From positions 1,116,878 to 1,180,877 of the forward strand of contig JBFLYH010000001.1 in NCBI GenBank assembly GCA_040756875.1: a stretch of DNA of 64,000 bases, given 5' to 3'. Shown in pieces: positions 1 through 9,206 of this stretch (the first letter of the stretch is position 1; each line of letters begins with the position of its first letter). Origin of the DNA: a candidate division FCPU426 bacterium (GTDB taxonomy: Bacteria; Oederibacteriota; JAAXVQ01; JAUVAV01). The notes under the pieces were generated by a model, which had not been told where the DNA came from, did not search any database, and saw only the letters and a program-made list of their open reading frames with translations. The position numbers and the translations under genes are program-made.

Positions 1-231
1 CGGTTCACCCTAGGGTCTTTGGCCTAGGGTGAACAATGAAAAAAATCAAATCTTCTCCTCGGGCAGTCGGTTCACCCTAGGGTCTTTGGCCTAGGGTGAA
101 CAATGAAAAAATCAAATCTTCTCCTCGGGCAGTCGGTCACCCTAGGGTCTTTGGCCTAGGGTGAACAATGAAAAAATCAAATCTTCTCCTCGGGCAGTCG
201 GTTCACCCTAGGGTCTTTGGCCTAGGGTGAA
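1..231. repeat. Tandem array of 65-67 bp units, each carrying an 11 bp inverted repeat (TTCACCCTAGG-N8-CCTAGGGTGAA); probably continues left of the window
   Basis: Units start at 1, 68, 134 and 199 (the last is partial). They differ only by single-base indels, and the linkers are essentially identical. Confidence 0.95.
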
Positions 232-243
232 TGAAAAATCTTT

Positions 244-273
244 CGTAGGGGCGTTCAATTGAACGCCCCTACG
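244..273. repeat. GTAG-type REP-like perfect palindrome; may also act as a terminator
   Basis: CGTAGGGGCGTTCAATTGAACGCCCCTACG is its own reverse complement and is followed by a T-run. Confidence 0.75.
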
Positions 274-284
274 TTTTTTTTGCC

Positions 285-566
285 CTATTTCTTTTTCTCC
301 TGCACGATCTGCACGATTGCAATCGCCGCCAGATTCAGAAAAATAAACAGGTTGGCGCCGATGATAATCCAGTCCCTGAGATAAATGCCGTAAACGCCCC
401 ATAGCGTCACGCCGGCCAGGAAGGTTCCCAGCGTTCCAAAGGACATCCGCGCAGCATCCGGCCGCCGCAGCCTCAGCAGCAGCTGAGGGACGAACGACGT
501 CGAGGTCAAGGCCGCAGCCGCCACGCCCACTGCCGCCCACCAATTGAAACCGGGCATCCCATCCAC
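285..566 (-). CDS. SemiSWEET / PQ-loop family sugar transporter
   Basis: 93 aa with 3 hydrophobic helices; motifs SFVPQ, LWGVYG and IIIGAN. Confidence 0.85.
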   Translation of the reverse strand: MDGMPGFNWWAAVGVAAAALTSTSFVPQLLLRLRRPDAARMSFGTLGTFLAGVTLWGVYGIYLRDWIIIGANLFIFLNLAAIAIVQIVQEKKK

Positions 567-572
567 CTGCTT

Positions 573-1385
573 TCAATTCAGCTCCAATTGGAGCGTGTTT
601 TTGCGCAGCCACAGCCGCGCCTGCTTTACGGCCGGATAATGGCGCTTCACCAGGTCCCAATACCGTTCGGAGTGGTTGAGTTCCTCCAGGTGGGCGAGCT
701 CGTGCACCATCAGGTAATCGCGCACGCCGTCCGGGACCATAGCCACCCGCCAGTTGAAATGCAGCCGGCCGTTGGCCGAACAGCTTCCCCACCGGGTTTG
801 CTGGTCGCCGATGAGGATTTTGAACGGCCTGGCGGTCATGGGCCGGGCCAATTCGGCGATCCGCTCCCGCACCAGGCGTTCGGCTTCGCGGCAATACCAC
901 GCCTGCAGCTGCCGGCGGATTTCAGCCTGGGAATGGCGCTGGACGCAGCAGAGCACGCACTCGTCGCGGATTTCAATTCCGCCGCGGCGCCCTCTGGCCG
1001 GCAACACCACCAGCGGCAGCCGGCGGCCCCGGTACCAGATCCGCGAGCCGGTGCCGAAACGCGCCGTCAGGCGGCCGGCCAATTTTTGATGTTGGGCGTG
1101 AATCCATTCCGATTGCTGTTCAAGGGCGGCCATCACTTCCCGGCGCGGCAGGCGCGGCGGGTAGGAGACGCGGACCCGGCACAGCGCGGGCGAAGGCGCC
1201 TGAAACAGCGGCAGTTGTCCGTCCGCGGACTCGTCCTCCCAGTTCCAGCAGGCGGCCTCCTGCGCCGCGGTGCCTGGAAGCGGGTGGACCCGCAGGCAGA
1301 TATGCCGGTTGCGGCGGTCAGGAACCAACTCGCAGCCGTATTCGCGGCCCGCGACGTGCACCGTGATTTCCCGGTTGCGGTCCAT
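573..1385 (-). CDS. YgjP/DUF45 family zinc-dependent hydrolase
   Basis: Motifs TRWGSCS, LHFNW and DYLMVHELAHLEELNHS (HExxH). Confidence 0.9.
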   Translation of the reverse strand: MDRNREITVHVAGREYGCELVPDRRNRHICLRVHPLPGTAAQEAACWNWEDESADGQLPLFQAPSPALCRVRVSYPPRLPRREVMAALEQQSEWIHAQHQKLAGRLTARFGTGSRIWYRGRRLPLVVLPARGRRGGIEIRDECVLCCVQRHSQAEIRRQLQAWYCREAERLVRERIAELARPMTARPFKILIGDQQTRWGSCSANGRLHFNWRVAMVPDGVRDYLMVHELAHLEELNHSERYWDLVKRHYPAVKQARLWLRKNTLQLELN

Positions 1386-1403
1386 ATCCCTCCCCGAGAA
1401 GGA

Positions 1404-2873
1404 TTAAAAAAACAGGTCCCGCTCCCCGCCCTCCAGGCGCCGCAGCCGCGTTTCCGTGGCCTCACGGGACGACTGGGGCAGCCGGCCCAGCCATTGCGCC
1501 AGCCGCTCTTCCCCCAAACGGCGGGTTTCGGGCGAAGCGTAGTCGAGCAGGTACTCTTTGAGCGTCAACAGGGCGTTCGGCAGACAATAAGCCTGGATGT
1601 CCCCCGGTTTGATCAATTCCATGATGTGCTCCCCTGTGCGGCCGCAGCGATAACAGGCCGTGCAAAAAGAAGGCACTTGCCCGGCCTCCAGCACGCTGCG
1701 CACGGTTTCATCCAGGGAACGTATGTCCGCGATTTCGAATTGGCCGGCCGCGGAGCGCTCGGAACCGGTATAGCCGCCGACCTCGGTGTGGCTCCCGGCC
1801 GAAAGCTGGGACACGCCCGCCAGCAGCAGTTCGTCGCGCAGGCGGGGATGCTCGCGGGTGGTCAGGATCAGGCCCGCGTAAGGCAGGGCCAGCCTCAGCA
1901 CGGCGACCACCAGTTTGAACTGGTCGTCCGTCAGGCGGTGGGGGTGTCCCTCGAGCCCGCTTTCGTCGCACAGGGGCGTGCCGTGCGCCACCTGCAGGCG
2001 GGGCACGGAAACCGCGTGCGGCCCCACCCGGTAGCGGCGCTCCAGGTACTGCCCGTGCACGATCAGGGCGGTGACGTCGAAACGGTAGTCGAACAAACCG
2101 AGCAGCACGCCGGTGGAGACGTCGTCCACCCCGGCCTGCAGGGCGCGGTCCATGACCGTCAGCCGCCAGGCGTAATCAGCTTTGGGACCGGAGGGGTGCA
2201 TGCGGCGGTACGTTTCCTGGTGGTAGGTTTCTTGAAAGCATTGGTACGTGCCGATGCCAACCTGCTTGAGCGCGCGGAATTGCCCGACCGTGGGCGGCGC
2301 AATGTTGACGTTCACGCGCCGGATCTCCCCCTGCCGCGTGCGGGTGGCGTAGATCGTCCGCAAGGCCTCCAGGACGTTTTCGAACGGGTCCGCCTCGCCC
2401 GCGACCAGCAGCAGCCGTTTATGCCCCTGCTCTTCCAGACTGCGGACCTGGTCCGTGATGTCGGAAAGGCTGAGGCGCCTGCGGGGCAGCTCCCGGTTTT
2501 CGCTGCGATACGCGCAATAGAGGCAGTTGTTGGCGCAGTAGTTGGAAATATACAAGGGGGCGAAAAAGACCTGGCGGTGTCCGTAGATCTTCTCTTTGAC
2601 TTCCCGCGCCGCGGCCATGATGTCAGCCAGGATTTCCGGCTGGCGGTCCTGGTGCAGCAGCACGGCGGTTTCTTCGGGCGTGAGGCCTTTGCAGTCCCGC
2701 GCCCGCGCGACCAAAGCACGCGCGTGTTCAGGTCCGGCTTGCCGGGCGCTCTCCAACATCTCCCAAATCGCCGGTTCGGAAATAATATCCCCAACTTGCG
2801 GGGACCTCGGATCCCCGATTTGCGGGGGCGTGGGGTCCCCGACTTCAGCCTTCTCTGCGTCTGTCTTTGGCAT
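1404..2873 (-). CDS. hydG: [FeFe]-hydrogenase H-cluster radical SAM maturase HydG
   Basis: FAPLYISNYCANNCLYC (CX3CX2C), FQETY, GPHAVSVPR and the C-terminal CX2CX22C (CTAC...AYC) that distinguishes HydG from ThiH. Confidence 0.92.
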   Translation of the reverse strand: MPKTDAEKAEVGDPTPPQIGDPRSPQVGDIISEPAIWEMLESARQAGPEHARALVARARDCKGLTPEETAVLLHQDRQPEILADIMAAAREVKEKIYGHRQVFFAPLYISNYCANNCLYCAYRSENRELPRRRLSLSDITDQVRSLEEQGHKRLLLVAGEADPFENVLEALRTIYATRTRQGEIRRVNVNIAPPTVGQFRALKQVGIGTYQCFQETYHQETYRRMHPSGPKADYAWRLTVMDRALQAGVDDVSTGVLLGLFDYRFDVTALIVHGQYLERRYRVGPHAVSVPRLQVAHGTPLCDESGLEGHPHRLTDDQFKLVVAVLRLALPYAGLILTTREHPRLRDELLLAGVSQLSAGSHTEVGGYTGSERSAAGQFEIADIRSLDETVRSVLEAGQVPSFCTACYRCGRTGEHIMELIKPGDIQAYCLPNALLTLKEYLLDYASPETRRLGEERLAQWLGRLPQSSREATETRLRRLEGGERDLFF

Positions 2874-2908
2874 TCCTATGTTCTCCGATCACGATGAGCG
2901 ACCCCGAA

Positions 2909-3487
2909 TTAATCTTCAACCGCTTCCGCGCCCGGAACCAGTGCTTCGGACGCCCAGGGCAGGTCCAACAGGCGGCGCCGGGGACGGTCGCCGATCAAAA
3001 GGCGTCCATGACAGCGTCCGCTCGCAGGTTGAAATGCCGCCCACACGGGTTCAGCCACGTGGATGGAGCCGGTTTCCAGGCCGAGATCCTCGGCGGACCA
3101 CGGTCCCAGTTTGAATCCTTCCAGCCTGGCTCCCTCGCTGGCGGACAGCACTTCCAGCCGCAACACGTACGCCAGCTGGGTCAAGCCGTCCTGTTTGCGC
3201 CGGCCGCGGCAGGCCGTGGTCAGGCCCAGGACAAGGCTCACCAGGGGTTGCCCGGCGCCCGGATGATAGCTGACTTCCTGCTCGACCCGGATGGAGTTCC
3301 TCGTCCGCTGGACTTTCCAAACCGGCGCTTCTCCGGCAGGCGGCGTCTGCGGCCGCACGGGTTCAGGCGCCGGACCGGCGGCCACGGGCGCTTCCGCTTG
3401 CAGTCCGCGTTCGCTTCCGCCCGGGCGGCGGCGGAAAATCGCCGGGCGTTTTGAATCTTCCTTGCGCGTGGGCAGAACCGGTGACAT
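2909..3487 (-). CDS. Hypothetical protein
   Basis: 192 aa ORF with an ATG start after GAGG; fills the gap between co-oriented genes. Confidence 0.55.
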   Translation of the reverse strand: MSPVLPTRKEDSKRPAIFRRRPGGSERGLQAEAPVAAGPAPEPVRPQTPPAGEAPVWKVQRTRNSIRVEQEVSYHPGAGQPLVSLVLGLTTACRGRRKQDGLTQLAYVLRLEVLSASEGARLEGFKLGPWSAEDLGLETGSIHVAEPVWAAFQPASGRCHGRLLIGDRPRRRLLDLPWASEALVPGAEAVED

Positions 3488-3563
3488 GCGTTTGTGCCTC
3501 CCTCAATGTTGGAAACGCCGAAGCGGCATTCTCATGTTATCCCCGGCCCGAGGCCGGGAGGTG

Positions 3564-4310
3564 CTAATTCAAGGTCAGGCCTTTGGCCCAATCCGCAAAC
3601 CGCCCACTTTGGACGGTTTGGGAGGCGCGGCGGCAGGCTTCCACCTGTTCGTCAATGTCCGGTATCTCCGCGAGCACTTTCTCCCGCTGGCCGGCCAGAA
3701 GCTGCTCCAACAACGGCAGGGACCGGGGATACGCCACATCCACGTGGATCGCCTTGAGAAACGCGCGGGCGGCTTCGGCGTAGCGCCCCAACCCCTGCAG
3801 GCTCACGCCGAGGTTCTTGAAGGCATTGGGGCGCGAGGGATCAAGGGTGATGGCCTGCTGCGTCAGATCCAGGGCCTGCAGGTATTCCCCGCGCAGGTTG
3901 AGGCAATAGGCCAGGTTGTTGCGCAGATAATAGCTGATGGCGACGTTCTCCGTTTTATGCGCAAGCCCTTCCCGGTAAAAAGCGATCGCCGCCTCGGGTT
4001 GGTTGACCTGTTCGGCCAGCTGCCCGGACAACAGCAGGCAGTCCGCCAATTCGTCCTGGCTGCGGGCGTGCTTCATCCACAATTTGATGTAATGATAGGC
4101 GCGTTCCTGCTGGCCCACGCGGCTGTAAAAAACCACCAAAGGCTCCAGCGTTTCCGCGCGCGGCCCCTTGGTCTTCAGCGCGGCCAGCAGCTGTTGTTCA
4201 TGACGCAGGGCTTCGGCGCTGCCGATCTGCGGCGCTTCCGGCATCTTGACGAAGAAATGCTTGTCTTCGCCGGGTTCCTGCTGGTTTTTTTTCCCGGATG
4301 GTTCCGACAT
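3564..4310 (-). CDS. Tetratricopeptide repeat protein
   Basis: TPR motifs (NNLAYCLNLRGEYLQA, NLGVSLQGLGRYAEA). Start set at MSEPS after AGGAG; the longer ORF extension overlaps a + strand gene. Confidence 0.85.
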   Translation of the reverse strand: MSEPSGKKNQQEPGEDKHFFVKMPEAPQIGSAEALRHEQQLLAALKTKGPRAETLEPLVVFYSRVGQQERAYHYIKLWMKHARSQDELADCLLLSGQLAEQVNQPEAAIAFYREGLAHKTENVAISYYLRNNLAYCLNLRGEYLQALDLTQQAITLDPSRPNAFKNLGVSLQGLGRYAEAARAFLKAIHVDVAYPRSLPLLEQLLAGQREKVLAEIPDIDEQVEACRRASQTVQSGRFADWAKGLTLN

Positions 4311-4479
4311 CTCAGCTCCTCGCCGTCCGTCCCCTCCGAACGTGCGTTGTTCATACGTTACAACCTGGCATGAGTCGCTGTCAAGCCCTCTGGCTGCCGC
4401 TTTCCACCCTTCCGCCCCCAAACCGCGGGCGCCATCCGCCGGGCGTTCCTCGTTGCCCGCCGTCCGCAAACCTCCTATA

Positions 4480-5403
4480 ATGGCAGCCATGCCGAACTCA
4501 CTCCCTCCCGGATCGTTTCGCCCGGCGGCGGCGGCCGCGGTCTTTATCGGACTGCTCGGCCTTGCGGGCTGGTGGCCAGTGCACGTTGCTTTGACCCAGG
4601 GTTGGGAGATCGGCTGGAATCCCGACGGCCGGTCGGCCTTGCTCGTGGCCCTGATGCGTTTCGGTCCGGCTTTGGCGGCTTTGTTTGGCCTGGCTTTGTC
4701 GCAGGGGTCCCTGCGCGAAGGATTCGGCCTGGCTCCCGGCCGCCCCTTGTATTTTCTGCCCGCCTGGTTTCTCCTTCCGCTTTTGGCCGCATTGGCGGCC
4801 GCTCTCAGCGTTTTATTGGGGCTGGCGGATTGGGACTGGAATATGATCGCCTCCCAATCAGACGTCAAACTGCGCTGGTCGGTTGACAAGGAAATGCTCA
4901 ACCTGGCGCCTCAAGGGTGGGCGGTCTGGCTGGCGGAAATCCTGCTGGGACCCGTGGTCTGGTTTCTTCCGGCCTGGGCCGAGGAAACAGCCTGGCGCGG
5001 CCTCCTGTTCCATTGGCTGCGGCGGCGGGGGTTCTGGGTGACAGCTCTGGCCGGCGCTTTGCTGGAATGGGCATGGCGGTTTCCGCTCTACCGGGCGGGC
5101 TACGCCTACCCGGACCATGTGGGCCTGGCGCCCTGGCTGGGGTTGGGGTTCACGTTATTGATCAGCCTGGTCCTCACCTGGTTGCGCGCAGCCTCGGGCG
5201 CCATTTGGGCGCCGGCCATTGCCCGCGCCACGCTCTCCGCAGGCGCGGTCATTCCCCTGGCCCTCACCAAGGACTATGACTCGGCCTGGGCGCATCTCCA
5301 GGGGTTGACGGGCATGGGGCTGCTGATGCTGGCGGTCCTGGCCTTTTGGTCTTTAGGTTGGTTGAAAATCGAGGAACCGGAAAAGCCCGCCGTAGGTAAC
5401 TGA
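4480..5403 (+). CDS. CPBP/Abi (CAAX-protease-like) intramembrane protease
   Basis: Polytopic membrane protein with AEETAWRG and SGAIWAPAIA motifs; the usual His residues appear to be Arg. Confidence 0.75.
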   Translation: MAAMPNSLPPGSFRPAAAAAVFIGLLGLAGWWPVHVALTQGWEIGWNPDGRSALLVALMRFGPALAALFGLALSQGSLREGFGLAPGRPLYFLPAWFLLPLLAALAAALSVLLGLADWDWNMIASQSDVKLRWSVDKEMLNLAPQGWAVWLAEILLGPVVWFLPAWAEETAWRGLLFHWLRRRGFWVTALAGALLEWAWRFPLYRAGYAYPDHVGLAPWLGLGFTLLISLVLTWLRAASGAIWAPAIARATLSAGAVIPLALTKDYDSAWAHLQGLTGMGLLMLAVLAFWSLGWLKIEEPEKPAVGN

Positions 5404-5418
5404 ACCTCATTATATTAT

Positions 5419-5550
5419 GACCACGAAGGCACAAAGTCCACGAAGCTGACGCGAAGAAGAGTCAGGGTTAGGTCTAAAACCCCAGAATCTCTTTTTTTCT
5501 TCTTGTCCTTCGTGCCTTCGCGGTGGTCTTTTAATGTCCTTCGCGGTGAA
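5419..5550. repeat. Intergenic inverted-repeat element (ACCACGAAGGCAC... / ...CTTCGTGCCTTCGCGGT)
   Basis: Imperfect terminal inverted repeats; a related copy lies at 20864-20959. Confidence 0.65.
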
Positions 5551-5564
5551 TGCGGTTGTTCACG

Positions 5565-6263
5565 TTAAAAACTGAACGCCGAGGGGCACAGGCGCGCCAG
5601 GGGGCATTCAGGGCACAAAGGTTTTTTCGCGTCGCAAATCTTGCGGCCGTGGAAAATCAGGCGGATTGAAAAACCATGCCACTCCCCAGCGGGGAGCAGT
5701 TTCATCAAATCCCGTTCTATCTTCTCGGGCTGCGTTTCCCTGGTCAGCCCCAACCGTTGCGCCAGGCGCTTCACGTGCGTGTCCACCACCACGCCTTCCG
5801 AACGGCTGAACGCGGAACCCAGAACCACATTGGCGGTTTTTCGGGCCACGCCGGGCAAGGCCAGTAGTTCCTCCATGCTCCCGGGCACGCGGCCGTGGAA
5901 ATCGCGCATCAGGGTTTTGGCCATGCCCAGCAGATTTTTAGCCTTGTTGCGGAAGAAGCCGGTGGAATGAATCAGCCGTTCCACCGAGGCCTGGTCGGCT
6001 TTGGCCAGGGATTCGGCATTCGGATATTGCTTGAACAGCGCCGGCGTCACCCGGTTTACCACCTCGTCCGTGCACTGGGCGGAAAGCATGGTGGCCACGA
6101 GCAATTGAAAGGGATTTTGATAACGCAGGGCGATGCGCGTGCTCGGATAATGTTTTTTCAACAACGGCAGCAGCTTGTCGAGCCTTTCCGAAACATGGGC
6201 GGCGCGCGGCAGGGCGGGTTTCTTGAGCGGAGCCTTTTTCCCTTCCAATAATTTAACGCTCAT
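5565..6263 (-). CDS. nth: Endonuclease III
   Basis: LLVATMLSAQCTD, HhH LPGVARKTANVV, VDTHV and the 4Fe-4S motif CX6CX2CX5C. ATGA overlap with the upstream gene. Confidence 0.95.
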   Translation of the reverse strand: MSVKLLEGKKAPLKKPALPRAAHVSERLDKLLPLLKKHYPSTRIALRYQNPFQLLVATMLSAQCTDEVVNRVTPALFKQYPNAESLAKADQASVERLIHSTGFFRNKAKNLLGMAKTLMRDFHGRVPGSMEELLALPGVARKTANVVLGSAFSRSEGVVVDTHVKRLAQRLGLTRETQPEKIERDLMKLLPAGEWHGFSIRLIFHGRKICDAKKPLCPECPLARLCPSAFSF

Positions 6264-8911
6264 TTGACCACGCTCACTTTCAGTTTGGCCCTCTCTTCCC
6301 CGTCGACCGTAAACCGGGCCAGATAAACGCCGGCCGCGTAATCGCGGCAATTCCAGGCCAGGCTCTGCCCTTTGCCGGCTGCAAACGAACCGGCCAGCTC
6401 CGCCACCCGTTCACCCGCCAGGTTGTAAACCGCGATCTTCACGGCCGCGGCCCGGTCCAGATGGAAAACGAAAGTCATTTGGTCTTTGCCCGGGTTGGGA
6501 TACGCCAGCAGCGCCTTGCCACCCAGGTTTATGCCTGCCAAGGCGTTCGTGGCCGTGGCGGTGGGCGTCACGGTCATGGTCGGCGAAACCGTGCAGGTGG
6601 GCGAAATGGTCGACGTGGGGGAAATGGTGCTGGTCGGAGTAATCGTGGGCGTGGGCGTCGGCGTGGAGGTCCTGGTGGCGGTCGGCGTCGGGCTCGGTCC
6701 CAAAACCAGCACGTTGCCCGAGAAACCCGAGGTATTGTTGCCGCTGTCCGTAGCCAGCGCACAGACATATTGCCCGGCGGAAACCTGACCGCCGGCCGGA
6801 ACGGTCCAATTGCCCCCGCCGTCAGCCGTGGCCGCGCCCACATAGCGCACACTGCCGCCGTTGCCGCTCAGGCCTTCGGCGATAAACACCTCCACATAGT
6901 CGCCTGCCAGGGCCGTGCCCGCAATGTTCCCCGGCGAGCTGGCGCTGGCAATGTCCGGGGCGGCTTTATTGCCATTGCCGCCGCTGACCAGCGCAATCGC
7001 GTTGGCCGAGCAGGCGGTGATGGTGTTGCCCAGGAGGGCATTGCCAATGGTCGCCGCGCCGTCCACCGTAATGCCCTGGATGGCGCCGGTGATCAGGTTG
7101 CCCTGGCCCGCAAGCTGGCCCACAAAATTGCCGTGCGAACCAAAAACGAGGCTTACACCCACGGAGGGGGAGGTCAGCGCGCCGTCCGGACGTATGCCGA
7201 TCCGGTTGGCGATAAGGGTGTTTCCGAAAGATCCGGCATTCCAGATGCCGACGCTCTGGCCCTGCCAGTTTCCCTGAATCAGGTTGGCAAACGAGCCGTT
7301 GATCGCAATATCCGTGTTATTGCCGTTATCATAGGTGTCCGTACCCGAGGCGTTCATGCCCAGGTAATTTCCAATCACCTGATGCCCTGAACCGTTCATG
7401 ATGTAAATGCCTTCCCAGGTATTCCCCGCGATCACGTTGCGCAATCCGGCCGTGTTCCCGCCGATCAGCGTATGGTCCGCGCTGCCCGAGAGCCAGATGC
7501 CCCGCCCCTGGTTGGGCAGCACGGCGGACCCTTCGCCGATCAGCCCGATGTAATTGCCAGCAATGGTATTGCCGCTTCCGCCATTGACGGATATCCCCTG
7601 GCTGGAATTGCCCGAAACCACGTTGCCGCGGATAACGGCGCCCTGGTTTTCACCGCCGATCAGGTTGCCGTCGCCGAGCACGGCCAGACCGATCACGTTC
7701 GGCCTGGCGGCCGTGCCGTTGTCAGTGGTGCCGAAGTAATTGCCGCTCACCCGGTTGGCGTTGCCGATGAGATAAAGCCCGAACGAGGCCTGGGTGTTGC
7801 CCGAGATCACGTTTCGTTCCAGGGTGCTGCGGTCTCCGCCGATCACGTTCAAATCCGAACCGCCGACATAAAGCGCGTACATTCCGTTGGTGATGGCCGG
7901 GTTTGGCACCGTGTCCGTGCAGCCGACAAAATTGTTTTGAATGACGTTGTTCCGGGGCCGGGGGCCGGATTGGAACCACAGATAAATGCCGTATTCCTTG
8001 TTTCCCGCGATAACGTTGTGATATCCGGCCTGAGGAAGCCCGATGGTCTGTCCATAGGCGGTATCCATCACGACCAGGCCGCGATCCTGCCTATCGCCCA
8101 GGTTGGTCTGGCCGGCCGAGGGGCCGATGATATTGCCGGCAATGGTGTTGCCCAGGCTGTCCCCCCAAAAAATGACGCCGTAGCTGTCGTTGCCCGAAAT
8201 CACGTTGCCTTCCCCTTGCGACAGATCGCCGCCAATGAAGGCATATTGGGAAGTCTGGCTGTTGATGCCGGTGGTGTTGGGCAGGGCGGCCGAACCCGAG
8301 GAATTGACGCCGATATAATTGCCGTGGATGCGCGTGCCGCAGACCGGATTGCTTTCTATATGAATGCCGTTGTTGTTGCCCGCGATGACGTTGCGTTCCT
8401 CGGGGCTGCGTCCGCCGATATCGTTGTAATAACCGGTCGACAGATAGATGCCGCTGTTGAATCCCAGACCCGTCGAATCGTTCCAATCCGTGCCGATGCG
8501 GCATCCGTAAATCCGGTTGGCGTTGGATTGGATCCAGATGCCCACCGCGGCGTTGCTGGAATCAATGACCGCCAGCCCGGTCAGCGTGCTGCCGTCGCTT
8601 CCGGGCAGCAATCGCAGTGGATAGATCGCCGAGGCCGAGGTAAGGGTCTGTCCCTGGCCGTCGATCATCACCTGGCCGCCGATGCTGAGGGTGGCCGAAG
8701 TCAGCGTGATGGTCCCGATGCCCGGCGTGAATTGGATCAAATCCGCGCCAGGGCTTCCGTTGGCATCCGAAATGGCCTGCCGCAGGGAACCGGCCCCGCT
8801 GTCCGCATTGGTGGTGACAGTATAGGTGGCTGCTCCAACCACTAGGGGCAAACCAACCAGCCCCCAAGCCAAGAAGACCAGCATGCACTTCACAACGTTC
8901 TTTCTCATCAT
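6260..8911 (-). CDS. Secreted parallel beta-helix repeat protein with Pro/Thr linker and T9SS-type-A/FlgD-like C-terminal domain
   Basis: Signal peptide, N-terminal DSGAGSLRQAI motif, repeated NVISGN/GNYIG units, TPTPT linker, and C-terminal AYPNP...YNLAGERV...AAGVY. Confidence 0.85.
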   Translation of the reverse strand: MMRKNVVKCMLVFLAWGLVGLPLVVGAATYTVTTNADSGAGSLRQAISDANGSPGADLIQFTPGIGTITLTSATLSIGGQVMIDGQGQTLTSASAIYPLRLLPGSDGSTLTGLAVIDSSNAAVGIWIQSNANRIYGCRIGTDWNDSTGLGFNSGIYLSTGYYNDIGGRSPEERNVIAGNNNGIHIESNPVCGTRIHGNYIGVNSSGSAALPNTTGINSQTSQYAFIGGDLSQGEGNVISGNDSYGVIFWGDSLGNTIAGNIIGPSAGQTNLGDRQDRGLVVMDTAYGQTIGLPQAGYHNVIAGNKEYGIYLWFQSGPRPRNNVIQNNFVGCTDTVPNPAITNGMYALYVGGSDLNVIGGDRSTLERNVISGNTQASFGLYLIGNANRVSGNYFGTTDNGTAARPNVIGLAVLGDGNLIGGENQGAVIRGNVVSGNSSQGISVNGGSGNTIAGNYIGLIGEGSAVLPNQGRGIWLSGSADHTLIGGNTAGLRNVIAGNTWEGIYIMNGSGHQVIGNYLGMNASGTDTYDNGNNTDIAINGSFANLIQGNWQGQSVGIWNAGSFGNTLIANRIGIRPDGALTSPSVGVSLVFGSHGNFVGQLAGQGNLITGAIQGITVDGAATIGNALLGNTITACSANAIALVSGGNGNKAAPDIASASSPGNIAGTALAGDYVEVFIAEGLSGNGGSVRYVGAATADGGGNWTVPAGGQVSAGQYVCALATDSGNNTSGFSGNVLVLGPSPTPTATRTSTPTPTPTITPTSTISPTSTISPTCTVSPTMTVTPTATATNALAGINLGGKALLAYPNPGKDQMTFVFHLDRAAAVKIAVYNLAGERVAELAGSFAAGKGQSLAWNCRDYAAGVYLARFTVDGEERAKLKVSVVK

Positions 8912-9206
8912 GCACCTCGGGTTTTAAATAATGGGTTTTGCTCGGAAACGAATGGCAGGGTGAACAGCCGGAGGATTATGCGTGCATCGGCCATCTTTGC
9001 CTCTCGGTTTTTAATCGCCTCTGTCTGCGTCCTGAGCGCGCGGAAACGCGGGCAGTATCGAAAGGCATGGCAAACGGCCGCACAGGCGACAAACGGAAAT
9101 ATTGTAAATCACTTTCCAGGCCGACGTCTATAGAAATACTTGACCTGTCTGTACGGCCGTGCTACCCTCCCCCTGCAGATAAAAAATTCAGGAGGAGTTT
9201 TCACCT

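Noticed and set aside
1-231. CRISPR array
   Set aside because: The sequences between the palindromes are essentially identical rather than unique spacers, and there are no cas genes in the window.
1404-2873. thiH
   Set aside because: The C-terminal CX2CX22C auxiliary cluster motif is characteristic of HydG.
588-2897. 769 aa + strand ORF and many other long ORFs in the track (e.g. 34912-36618, 49351-51507, 58718-60115)
   Set aside because: They are antisense or off-frame shadows of well-supported genes, which is typical of GC-rich DNA.
8912-9200. c-di-GMP riboswitch upstream of the beta-helix gene
   Set aside because: Only scattered GCAAA/GAAA words were found and no consistent GEMM structure could be drawn by eye.
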